Source: Tubiluchus corallicola (lineage: Eukaryota; Animalia; Priapulida). From it: 44,721 bases of DNA. The DNA lies in NCBI GenBank assembly GCA_030141605.1, contig JAQGDQ010001357.1, positions 1 through 44,721 on the forward strand. Direction: 5' to 3'. A program made the translations under genes and the position numbers. Below, in pieces: positions 15,601 through 28,200 of the stretch; positions within the stretch are counted from its first letter, which is position 1; each line of letters opens with the position of its first letter. Under the pieces are notes generated by a model, which saw nothing but the letters and a program-made list of their open reading frames with translations, searched no databases and was not told the origin of the DNA.

Positions 15601-18600
15601 GCTTCCGGTAGATGCGATGTGAACGGTTCGTCCGTGTATCGCTGAACGGAGTGGTATGCGTAGTAAATGTCGGCTAGCGTTTGAAACCTCTCAAACATTT
15701 CCAGCATGGACTGCAACTTTGAACTGTTTTCTGAAAATAACAAATGTTAATTATTACGTAAGTTCAGACTGGTGGGTTTTTTGTCGTGAGTTTTCTCTCT
15801 GACAGCGAATTCAGTGTGAACTGCTTTGCGAGTTACTGTCGGCAAGTTATTGCAATGTCTTCAACAGTTACTGCAAGTTGAGTTACTGTCTAGTGTGAAC
15901 GCATTGGTGAGTTACTCTCGGCATTTCTCGGCGAGTTACTCTCGATATTTCTCGCAGTGAACAGAGAAGTGAGTGTCAGCTCGCGGTTACTGTCGGAGAG
16001 TAACTCACAGCAAGTTTTACTCTAGTCTGAACATACTTGTGAGTTACTTAGTGAGTTACTCTCGCTGTGCATAGAGAAGTGAATGTCAGCTTGCGCTTAC
16101 TGTAGGAGAGTAACTCTCAGCAAGTTTTACTCTAGTCTGAACACGCTTGCGAGTTACTTAGTGAGTTACTCTCGCTGTGCATAGAGAAGTGAATGTCAGC
16201 TTGCACTTACTGTAGGAGAGTAACTCTCAGCAAGTTTTACTCTAGTCTGAACACGCTTGCGAGTTACTTAGTGAGTTACTCTCGATATTTCTCGCAGTGC
16301 ATAGAGAAGTGAGTGTCAGCTCGCGATTACTGTCGGAGAGTAACTCTCAGCAAGTTTTGCTCTCTAGTCTGAACACGCTTGTGAGTTACTTAGTGAGTTA
16401 CTCTCGACACTTCTCGCAGTGAATAGAGAAGTGAGTGTTAACTCACGCTTACTGTCGGAGAATAACTCACAGCAAGTTTTGCTCTCTAGTCTGAACACGC
16501 TTGCGATTTACTTAGTGAGTTACTCTCGACACTTCTCGCAGTGAACAGAGAAGTGAGTGTTAACTCACGCTTACTGTCGGAGAGTAACTCACAGCAAGTT
16601 TTGCTCTCTAGTCTGAACACGCTTGTGAGTTACTTAGTGAGTTACTCTCGATATTTCTCGCAGTGCATAGAGAAGTGAGTGTCAGCTTGCGCTTACTGTC
16701 AGAGAGTAACTCTCAACAAGTTTTGCTCTCTAGTCTGAACACCCCTGTGAGTTACTTGGCCGGTTAACTAACATGAAAATTACACAAATTATGCATTGAT
16801 TACCAATGAAAAACATTTGAAAAACTTGCAAAAATTGTACCACATTTTTGCAAGAAGTTGAATATTTGCACAAAATAAGCCATTTCACAGTTCCAACGAT
16901 TGATCATGATCGCGAAAAGGTCAAAGGTTAAGTGTACCAGACAACACATTTGTGTACACTTGGCAACACCTCGCAGCCCATGCTACTGCAATAGTAACAG
17001 TTTTAACAGCTAGCTAGAACCTTACCTAGTTCATTTATTCTTGTTCCCAAGCAAAATCCTACTAGTAAATCATTTTACGTGCAGACTAATGAATAATTAA
17101 TTAAAGTCCATGTAAAACAACTGAAGTTACTGAACTGATGCAACAGACAGCTTTGCTTTACACATTATATTGAATGTCGTTGATAACATCAACGGAAAAT
17201 AGAGGGTGCTGCAGTTCCACAGTGTCTATACATGAACCGCCACTGCAAATACGTAGCCAGTCAATTCAATCTTCTTTTATTTAACATACCAGCAGCAATG
17301 TCCAGGCACTGCATGGCCAGCATCCAGTAGTAGTACGACGCATCGTCAAATCTGTGCTCGTTAACTGCATTCTTAGTCAGCTCACCGAGCACCTTCACGG
17401 CATCATCCTGTCTTCCCGCTTTGTGAAATGCTGGAAAAAAGAGCGAGGATTAAGAATCCTGGATTGCCATTTGTAATGAAAGAGCGGCAAGGTAGCACTC
17501 ATGAATTTATGACTTGCACCACCATCCAATGTATGTCTCGTCTTTAACACAATAAGACACAACGAATAAATTTAACTCGTTTGTTTAATATTGCCCGCTG
17601 TCAACTGTTTACTGTACAGTGTGAACTTAAGTAATGTTGAGGCAGGTCAGTAAATAGAGGGGTGATCGCCTGTGTTCAATGCTCACTCTGTTTACTTTAC
17701 TGTACAGTGTGAACTTAAGTAATGCTGAGGCAGGTCAGTAAATAGAGGGGTGATCGCCTGTGTTCAACGTTCACTCTGTTTACTTTACTGCACAGTGTGA
17801 ACTTAAGCAATGTTGAGGCAGGTCAGTAAATAGAGGGGTGATCTGCTGTGTTCAATGCTCACTCTGTTTACTTTAATGTACAGTGTGAACTTAAGTAATG
17901 TTGAGGCTGGTCAGTAAATAGAGGGGTGATCTGCTGTGTTCAATGCTCACTCTGTTTACTTAACTGTACAGTATGAACTTAAGTAATGTTGAGGCTGGTC
18001 AGTAAATAGAGGGGTGATCTGCTGTGTTCAATGCTCACTCTGTTTACTTAACTGTACAGTATGAACTTAAGTAATGTTGAGGCTGGTCAGTAAATAGAGG
18101 GGTGATCTGCTGTGTTCAATGCTCACTCTGTTTACTTAACTGTACAGTATGAACTTAAGTAATGTTGAGGCTGGTCAGTAAATAGAGGGGTGATCTGCTG
18201 TGTTCAATGCTCACTCTGTTTACTTAACTGTACAGTATGAACTTAAGTAATGTTGAGGCTGGTCAGTAAATAGAGGGGTGATCTGCTGTGTTCAATGCTC
18301 ACTCTGTTTACTTAACTGTACAGTATGAACTTAAGTAATGTTGAGGCTGGTCAGTAAATAGAGGGGTGATCTGCTGTGTTCAATGCTCACTCTGTTTACT
18401 TAACTGTACAGTATGAACTTAAGCAATGTTGAGGCAGGTCAGTAAATAAAGGGGTGATCGGTTGTGTTCAATGCTCACTCTGTTTACTTTACTTTACAAT
18501 GTGAACTTAAGTAATGTTGAGGCAGGTCAGTAAATAGAGGGGTGATTGGCTGTGTTCAATGCTCACTCTGTTTACTTTACTGTACAGCTTGAACTTAAGC

Positions 18601-19094
18601 AACGTCGGGGCTGGTCAGTGAACAGAAAGGTGATCATTCTCGAACAGTTCTATTTGCCATGCCGATTCTGGCTGTTCGCGCTGTTGCAGGAAGAACGTAC
18701 ATACACATACTAGGCTTTTGCACCAAATTCTGAGGACGCGATAGATTCGCTAACGTTTAGAGAATATTTAGATATTATTCTGTACTGAGAATTCCAAAGT
18801 TATGCTACTATGTAAATAACAGTCAAGTAAATTTAAGATTTAAATATGGTTGTACTGTAGATCTAAACGAAAATGTAAAATTAAAGGTTAAGAACTCATT
18901 TAAAGATTATGTTTTAAGATATCTATTATAGCTCCTTACAACACTGTATAATGTAATATAATTACAAGGGAACTACAATGTGTGGTTATTATAAAGTTGA
19001 ATGTCTGTAGATATGTTACTTTACTAACATCGCATTACCTGTTTTACTAACATCTTTATCTTTGTAAACTGTATATTTTATACGAAATAAACTC

Positions 19095-19141
<47 letters not shown>

Positions 19142-19188
19142 TAACAATAACAGCAATAATAATAATATTAATAACAACAGCAACAATT

Positions 19189-19251
<63 letters not shown>

Positions 19252-22200
19252 CTCGTTGTTTCTGTTCCCCATTAGGACAAAGTTTATGTACCACCCTGTA
19301 CCTTTCTGTGCCTCCTCAAACTTGTCGTTCTCCGCCAGCCATTGTGCGTACGGAACGTAGACCGTTTCCCGATGTTCCGGATGCTTATCAGCCAAGACGA
19401 AGGCCTGCGAAAACAAAAAAATTGCGGTTTAAATTTCGTTACATTCGAGTCCGACTAGAACCGAGCATTCTCTACCAGAAAGCAAATTCGAATCGAATTC
19501 ATGATTTTCGAAGTAAAAATCGAATTGAATTTCAGTATTTCGAATTCCGATCGAATTCGAACTCTGTTTGAAAGATTTTCGACCAAATTTTCGAACCACC
19601 CAGTACAAGACAGTCTTGCAGAGATCATGCACATTATTCGATTTTGTTCTGCTAATAATTTATTTAAAAATTGTGCACAGAAATCACAGCTAAATTGTGC
19701 TAACTGCACAAAGTTTCAAAGGTTTTAACGATAAGGAATATATGTGATCGAAGTGCTGAGTTATTCGAATTTATAAATTTAGGTTGCGGATCAGAATATC
19801 GTTTGCGGCAAGTTTGAAAAAAACTGGTTTGAATCGAATCCGAAGTAAAAAAAAAACTTGGTTCGAATCGAATTCGAAGTAAAAAAAACTCGTTCGAATC
19901 GAATTCGAAGAAAAAAACTGGTTCGAATCGAATTCGAAGTAAAAAAATTGGTTCCAATCGAATTCGAGACAAAAAACTTGTTCGCATCGAATTTGAAGAA
20001 GAAAAAACTCGTTCGAATCGAATTCAAAGTAAAAAAACTCGTTCGAATCGAATTCGAAATAAAAAACTGGTTCGAATCGAACTCGAAGTAAAGAAACTCG
20101 TTCGAATCGAAGTCGAAGTAAAAAAATTGGTTCGAATCGAATTCGAACGTTCGCTGCTCACCCCCCAGCAGTAACGTAGTCATGATATAATTTCAATAAG
20201 GAGACACTTACCTACTAACTTATAAAAGTAAATTTAGTAGATTAAGAAATGAATAAACGCATGAACCATTGAGAAGAAGCGACTATAGTGCCTAAATTGA
20301 ATGATCATCAGGGTTCCCACAGGATTTTAAAACAAATTTCCCGGACTTTTCCCTGACCAAATATTGATTTTTCACGACCGTAATACGCAGAAATTGCGTT
20401 AGCAGTACTACATATTCAAACATTTCTGTGTATGGACATTCATATACATATAATGTGTCAACACAGTTGCAGTAGTGCCAATGAAATTACACTAATCACA
20501 TTAAATAAACTTTCTTAATCCAATTATTAATTTTAGAACAGGAATCGAAATTGGGACCCTGCCATTGCAAAATTTTATTTCAAAGCGAATCGCTGAAAAA
20601 TATGTTTGGAAAAATATCCGTTCACAATGATCATTTTTGCAAGCCTTTCCAATTTCCCCGATTTTTTGCCCCATTTTCCCCCGAATTTTTATCAAATTAT
20701 CTTTTTCCCTGACTTTTCCATGAGACTCCAGGAAAGCCTGTATTTTCAAGGATTTTTCCTGACTGTGGGAACCCTGGATTTCAGTGTCTTTCTCGTTCAC
20801 AATTTTTTGCTAATTTTGCCAGACTAGAACACGTATTAACATCAATAAATTATAGACTAATATCCCGTTTCGTGAAAAAGAAACCTTTTGAAAATTCTAA
20901 AATAACGAAATGGTCTCAGCAGTTAGTTTTAACACAATGTACACAAGTTACTAATGCAGAAAATTTGTTCAAAATTGTTACGAAAGTGCAGTTAAACTGG
21001 ATTGAAATTGCTAATTAATCATTGAATTCGAGTAAATTTGATTGAAATTGGATTAAATTTGATCAAAATTGCTAAATTACAATTAAAATGTGATTAAACT
21101 TGATTGAAATTGTTACGAAAGTGCAATTAAACTCGATTGAAATTGTTTTTTTATAATTGAATTCGATTAAATTTTATTGAGATCTGATTAAATTTGATCA
21201 AAATAGCTAAATTACAATTAAAATCTGATTAAATTTGATCAAAATAGCTAAATTACAATTAAAATCTGATTATATTTGATCAAAATAGCTAAATTACAAT
21301 TAAAATCTGATTATATTTGATCAAAATAGCTAAATTACAATTAAAATCTGATTATATTTGATCAAAATTGTTTCAGAAGTGCAGTTAAACTCGATTGCAA
21401 TTGTTATTTTATAAATGAATTCGATTAAATTTGATCAAAATTGCTAAATTACAATTAAAATTTAATTAAAGTTGATCGAAACTGCTAAATTACAATTAAA
21501 ATCCAATTAAAGTTGATCAAAACTGCTAAATTACAATTAAAATCCAATTAAGTTTGATCGAAATTGCTAAATTACAACGAAATTCAATAAAGTTTGACTG
21601 ACTGCCACCAGGTGGCCGTTGCCAAGGTTACAAAGCACTCGTCAATGCTTACATCATCCCAATGTTTTGCAGACACATGCAGGTCCACCAGCGCTTTAAC
21701 GTCTCCCATCTTATTGTACACCTCCGCCGCATGACCGAATTTCTCCATCTTGATAAAATACTCCGCCGCTTTAGCTAGTGCCTCGCGATCCGCCCGATCA
21801 ATTTTCCGTGCAACCTCTATCAACCTGCAAACAAACCACATACCGAGCAAGTTTAGGGACGCAATGATTAAATGCCAGAATGATTTTTCCCAAAAATTCG
21901 TTTTAAAGGACAAGACCAGTGAATTTCGATCAAAACATTCATCAGTGTCGGAATCATCTTTCCCAAAAAATTCATTTTAAAGGACAAGATCAGTGAATTT
22001 CGATGAAGACATTCATCTGTGTCGGAATCATCTTTCCCAAAAATTTATTTTAAAGGACAAGATCAGTGAATTTCGATCAAAACATTCATCTGTGTCGGAA
22101 TCATCTTTGCCAGAAATTCATTTTAAAGGACAAGACCAGTGAATTTCGAACAAAACATTCATCTGTGTCGGAATCATCTTTCCCAAAAATTCATTTTAAA

Positions 22201-25200
22201 GGACAAGACCAGTGAATTTCGATCAAAACATTCATCTGTGCCGGAACCACTTTTTCCAGAAATTCATTTTAAAGGACAAGATCAGTGAATTTCGATCAAA
22301 ACATTCATCTGTGTCGGAATCATCTTTGCCAGAAATTCATTTTAAAGGACAAGACCAGTGAATTTCGAACAAAACATTCATCTGTGTCGGAATCATCTTT
22401 CACAAAAATTCATTTTAAAGGACAAGTCCAGTGAATTTCGATCAAAACATTCATCTGTGCCGGAATCACTTTTTCCAGAAATTCATTTTAAAGGACAAAA
22501 CCAGTGAATTTTCACACTGCACAAACGTGGTTATCTCAGTTTAGAAATTACATAGAGTGATGAACTTGGTATAAAATGATCCTCATGAAATGGAGATTCA
22601 GGATATGTGAATAACTACAAAAGCTAAAGTGCTGACTTATGGACGATTTTGCTATGCAAGCACACATATAATCTAATCTAATCTAATCTAATCTAATCTA
22701 ATCTAATCTAATCTAATCTAATCTAATCTAATCTAATCTAATGTAATGTAATGTAATCTAATCTAATCTATTCCGGTCCCATTCCGTCCTGTCCAGTCCA
22801 ATCCAATCCCATCTCATCTCATCTCATCTCATCTCATCTCATCTCATCTCATCTCATCTCATCTCATCTCATCTCACCTCATCTCACCTCACCTCACCTC
22901 ACCTCACCTCACCTCACCTCACCTCACCTCACCTCACCTCACCTCACCTCACCTCACCTCACCTCACCTCATCCCATCCCATCCCATCCCATCTCATCTC
23001 ACCTAATCTAATCTAACCTAACCACAATCTAATTACAATCAGAGATGCTGCTTACATTTCAGACCAGCCTCTTTCTCCCACAATCTCCACAGCTTTTAGA
23101 TAATCACCGGCAGAAATGTACATCTCGGCAGCAGCTTTTGGTTCGTTACTACTCTTGGCCCATTCTGCCTGCTTGGTCATCAGGGCTTTTTTATCATGCG
23201 CATCTCCACTGGGAATAAACTCCTGTAAAATACCATAGTTCATTATCATTTAGTAAAGCAAAGCCGCCTGCCACATTAGTTCAGCAACTTCAGTTGATTT
23301 ACGTGGATTTTACTTAATTATGCCTTACTCTGTGCGTAGAGTGATTTACTAGCAGGATCTTGCTTGGGAACAAGGAAAACTGCTAGCTGTTAAAACGGTT
23401 ACTATTACAACAGAATGAGGAGATGTGAAGTGTACACAAACGTGTTGCACTTAACTTTTGACCTTTTCACGATCATCATCAATCATTGGAACTGTAAAGT
23501 GGCTTCACTAAATTAAAGCACGGAAAGGAAAACTGAACCTAATCTTAAACTACAGTTCAAAACAATCTATCCTACAAAATATTGAAAGGAAACGTACTAC
23601 TTTTTTCAAAAATGACTTACGTGAAAGAATTATTACCACACAAACGCAATTTTACATTCGCGCCACTAGTTCTTCACTGTTACATGCATTTAGACATTTG
23701 CTAGTTAGATGGACACTAGCACCTGCATCTTGCAAATGGATTGCACAAAAAATGGGTGCAGTACCTTTCAATGCAAAGTAGTTCAGTTGTGACATAGTGC
23801 ACACGTTCGAGAGTTCATAAGTGAGCACAGCGGTAACTTGAAAATAGAATTTTCAATTTCAAATTTCCTGAGTTATTGCGTATCACACTGAATAACTTAC
23901 AGTAACACTGTACTTCTAGTTTCGCTTTCACAAACACGTTCAACACGCCCGCAGAATATTTTTGCTGTTGAAAATATGTTAGTTAGTTTAAACATAATTT
24001 ATTTAGGATTGGATCAGACAGTTTGTACAACATGATTTAAGATCCTCACCACAACAGACTTTATACACTATTTACAAGAACATTTACAGTAAGAATAGAC
24101 TATATTTAGTTTTTAGTATACTTTAGTATACTAAAGTTTTACTACAGTGATACATTAGACATTAGTAAAAAATGACGGTTAGTAAATATTAATGTACGAT
24201 TATTTAAGAATGATGCATTTTATATCAGATAGAAACTACTGGAAGCATTTAGTACGTAATATAAAGTCATGTATACATTGGAATATTTTACAGTTAGTAA
24301 CATAGTTAAATTCATCTTTTCCGAATAATAACAACTCACACAGACATTAGTTCCTAAGGCAGCTATATTAAGGTTTTCGGGCAGAAGCATTGCATTTAAT
24401 TTATCAAACATAACTACCCTAGCTAGTTGATGCGGAAAATATGTTAGTTTGTGATGTCACCAATAATTAGGATCGTCTGCTGTTAATTAAGTTTTTGGTA
24501 TAAAATTTTAAGCAAACTCTAAGTGTAACACAACCTTTGCTTGATCAAACATGCGCAGGTCTGAAAACATGTTCATGGCCTTCTGTTCTTTGCCGCATCT
24601 CTTGTACAGTTTGGCGGCCTCCAAGAACTTGCCACGTAGAGCGTAGACGTCTCCCATGAATCCGGTGTTATCCAGTTCGCCCCGCTTCTTCCTCTCCTAA
24701 AGAGAAAGTGCATCATCAGATATTTATGGAAGTTGTAGAATTATAAACTTAAGTTTGTCTGACTAAAATACAGGAACTCTTAAGCGATGTTGGATTTATA
24801 AACCTAAGTTTGTCTGATTAAAATACAAGAACTCTTAAGGAATGTTGGATTTATAAACCTAAGTTTGTCTGATTAAAATGCAAGAACTCTTAAGGGATTT
24901 TGGATTTATAAACTTAAGTTTGTCTGATTAAAATACAAGAACTCTTAAGGGATTTTGGATTTATAAACCTAAGTTTCTCAGATTAAAACGCAAGAACTCT
25001 TAAGGGATTTTGGATTTATAAACCTAAGTTTGTCTGATTAAAATGCAAGAACTCTTAAGGGATTTTGGATTTATAAACCTAAGCTTGTCTGATTAAAATA
25101 CAAGAATTCTTAACGAACGTTGGATTTATGAACCTAAGTTTCTCGGATTAAAACGCAAGAACTCTTAAGGGCTGTTGGATTTATAAACTTAAGTTTGTCT

Positions 25201-28200
25201 GATTAAAATGCAAGAACTCTTAAGGGATTTTGGATCTATAAACCTAAGTTTGTCTGATTAAAATGTAAGAACTCTTAAGGGTTGTTGGATTTATAAACCT
25301 AAGTTTGTCTGATTAAAATGCAAGAACTCTTAAGGGATTTTGGATTTATAAACCTAAGTTTGTCTATGCTTTAGCAATACGTAACTGAACGAAGTACAAC
25401 AAGTAGTTACGTATTGCTGATTAAAATGCAAGAACTCTTAAGGGATTTTGGATTTATAAACCTAAGTTTGTCTGATTAAAGTACAAGAACTCTTAAGGAA
25501 TGTTGGATTTATGAACCTAAGCTTGTCTGATTAACAATACAATAAGTTTTAATGAAAGCAGCTTTTGATGCTGGCACAATTTGCCATTGACACACACAAC
25601 ATGGGAAAAAAGCATAGACAAACAAAACTGCAAAGGGAAAAGTATTCATAAGACGTAAGTAATAAAAAATAATTTTGATTGTGCCACAAGTATATCTCAC
25701 GTTTGTTGGTTAACTTAAGTACAGCACATTAATTTGAGTAAGACGCAGGGATGAGAATGATACATTCAAAAAACTCTGAAACAGGCCGGGGGGTTTGTGG
25801 GCCGCGTAGGCAGCAACAAATTGCAATTTTGTGACCATAGAGAGCCTCTAAGTGGACTTAAAATATCAATTACCTTGTTTCATGCATAATTTAAAATACC
25901 CAACTATCAAGGATACATGATACCTAATTGTCTCAAAAATGCCTAAGTACTGACCGCTCCTATGCAAAAGTATATAAAAACTGTCTGCAATTGACTCAAA
26001 TAACTCCACACAATTGATTCTATATTTTTATACATAGAGATATACACGTGGTTACACTGATGTACGTGATGTAAACAAAGTGACGGCCTGCCAACTAGCG
26101 GTCAGCTTGTGAAATAATGTACTGGGTCCGTAAAAATTTTCTCAACAAATTTACGGGATTTAGAAAAATGGCACTACTGGTATTCCAAAAACTCGGAATT
26201 CCACATATCCGCGGAAAATTCTCATCCCTGAAAACGAAAGGATTAACACATAATTCATTTCTCAACAAATTCATGTAGTTGCCTAAACTAAGCACCTATC
26301 TCTATCTGAATCACGAACTATCTGTCAGTGCAATGTATAGCGTTAAAGTAAATGAGCTCCATAGGATTAAAACATCTCGGTTACGCCTCTCCTCACATAA
26401 CCTAGCTATTGAGACTGGAAGATGGGCAAGGATAAAAAGAGAAGACAGGTTATGCTCCCGTTCTGGCTTAAACATTCAAAGAGAAGAGCATGTTATCTGT
26501 TTTTGTCCACTTACGAATCACCTTCGTGAAGATAACACTGAACTGAGCTTCAACGATTTGCATGAATTTTTCAATGGAAACCCAATGTCATATTGTGAAT
26601 TTGTAAATAACTCTTTAGCTGTTTTTGGACAGTAATGATCATGTTAGGCGATAATAAGTGTGTAGTGAGAATTTGTAAATAATTCTTCAGTTATTTTGAC
26701 AAAAATGATCATGTTATATGATCAAAAGTCCTTTTTTTGTACTGATCTATGGACTGAACTAAAGTATCATGTTCGACTATCTCTTAATCAGTCAATAAAC
26801 ATATGTATATATATATATATATTTCTAGAAGTAAATTTGCCATCACAAACAAAGTAAAAGAATAAATGAATCAACCTCAATGCTGTGTATGAGTTCCAGA
26901 TATCGTAAATCACGAATGCGAATAAAAGCTTTCTTTGCAATGTTCAGATCCATTCCCTCCAGAGCCTCGTGTGCCAAAGCTTCCCAGTCCTGTTCAGTCA
27001 CGCCCAGACACGCCACGCGGTACGCATCCCTGCGGAGTAAACAAACAAGAAAATAACAATTAATTAACATAATTACCTGTCATGGGCATGACTAATATGG
27101 TAATGCAATGCATTATATCAACTTTGTAGAAAAAATAGTGATCATCCATTATATAAAATCCTAATTCTCGTGTGGATTGGATAGGTGAATTATAAAAAAA
27201 ACATTACAAATGATGTAGCTTAAGGCTCGTCTAGACTAGTCAGTTTTCTGCCACAAGCAAACTTGCAAGTGTGAACTGCTTTGTGAGTTAGTGTCAGTTA
27301 CTTATTGCAAACAGTTGGTGCGAATTGATTTACTGTCTAGAGTGAATACTTCGGCAAGTTACTCTCGACATTTCTCGCTGTGAATAGAGCAGTATCAGCT
27401 CAGCATTACCGTCGGACAGTAACTCCCAGAAAGTTTTGCTCTCTAGTCTGAACACGCGAGTTAGTCTCAACATTTCTCGATGTGAACAGAGGAGTATCGG
27501 CTCAGCATTATTGTCGGAGAGTAACTCCCAGAAAGTTTTGCACACTAGTCTGAACACAGTTGCGAGTTACTCTCGACACTTCTCGGTGTGAATAGAGGAG
27601 TATCAGCTCTGCATTACTGTCAGAGAGTAACTCCCAGAAAGTTTTGCTCTCTAGTCTGAACACACTTGCGAGTTACTCTCGACACTTCTCTGTGTAAATA
27701 GAGGAGTAATGGCTCAGCATTACTGTCGGAGAGTAACTCTCATAAAGTTTTGCTCTCTAGTCTGAACACACTTGCGAGTTACTCTCGACATTTCTCGGTG
27801 TGAATAGAGGAGTATCAGCTCAGCATTACTGTCGGAGAGTAACTCCCAGAAAGTTTTGTTCTCTAGTCTGAACATGCGAGTTACTCTCCACACTTCTCGG
27901 TGTGAATAGAGGAGTATCAGCTCCCCATTACTGTCGGAAAGTAACTCCAAGAAAGTTTTGCTCTCTAATCTGAACACACGTGCGAGTTACTCTTGACACT
28001 TCTCGCAGTGAACGAAGAAGTGAGTGTCAGCTCGTGCTTGAGAGTAACCCGCAGCAACTTTCACTCTCTAGTCTAAACGTGCTTGCGAGTTACTTGGCGA
28101 GTTAACTTGGTGAGAAAACTTGCTTGTATGAACGTGCCATAAGCTACTGTGATAGAATAAACCTACAGATAATAAACTTTTAATTAGAATAAAGCCACAT

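Noticed and set aside
26279-26635. Independent 118-aa gene
   Set aside because: C-terminal fragment of a LINE ORF2 with no RT or endonuclease upstream
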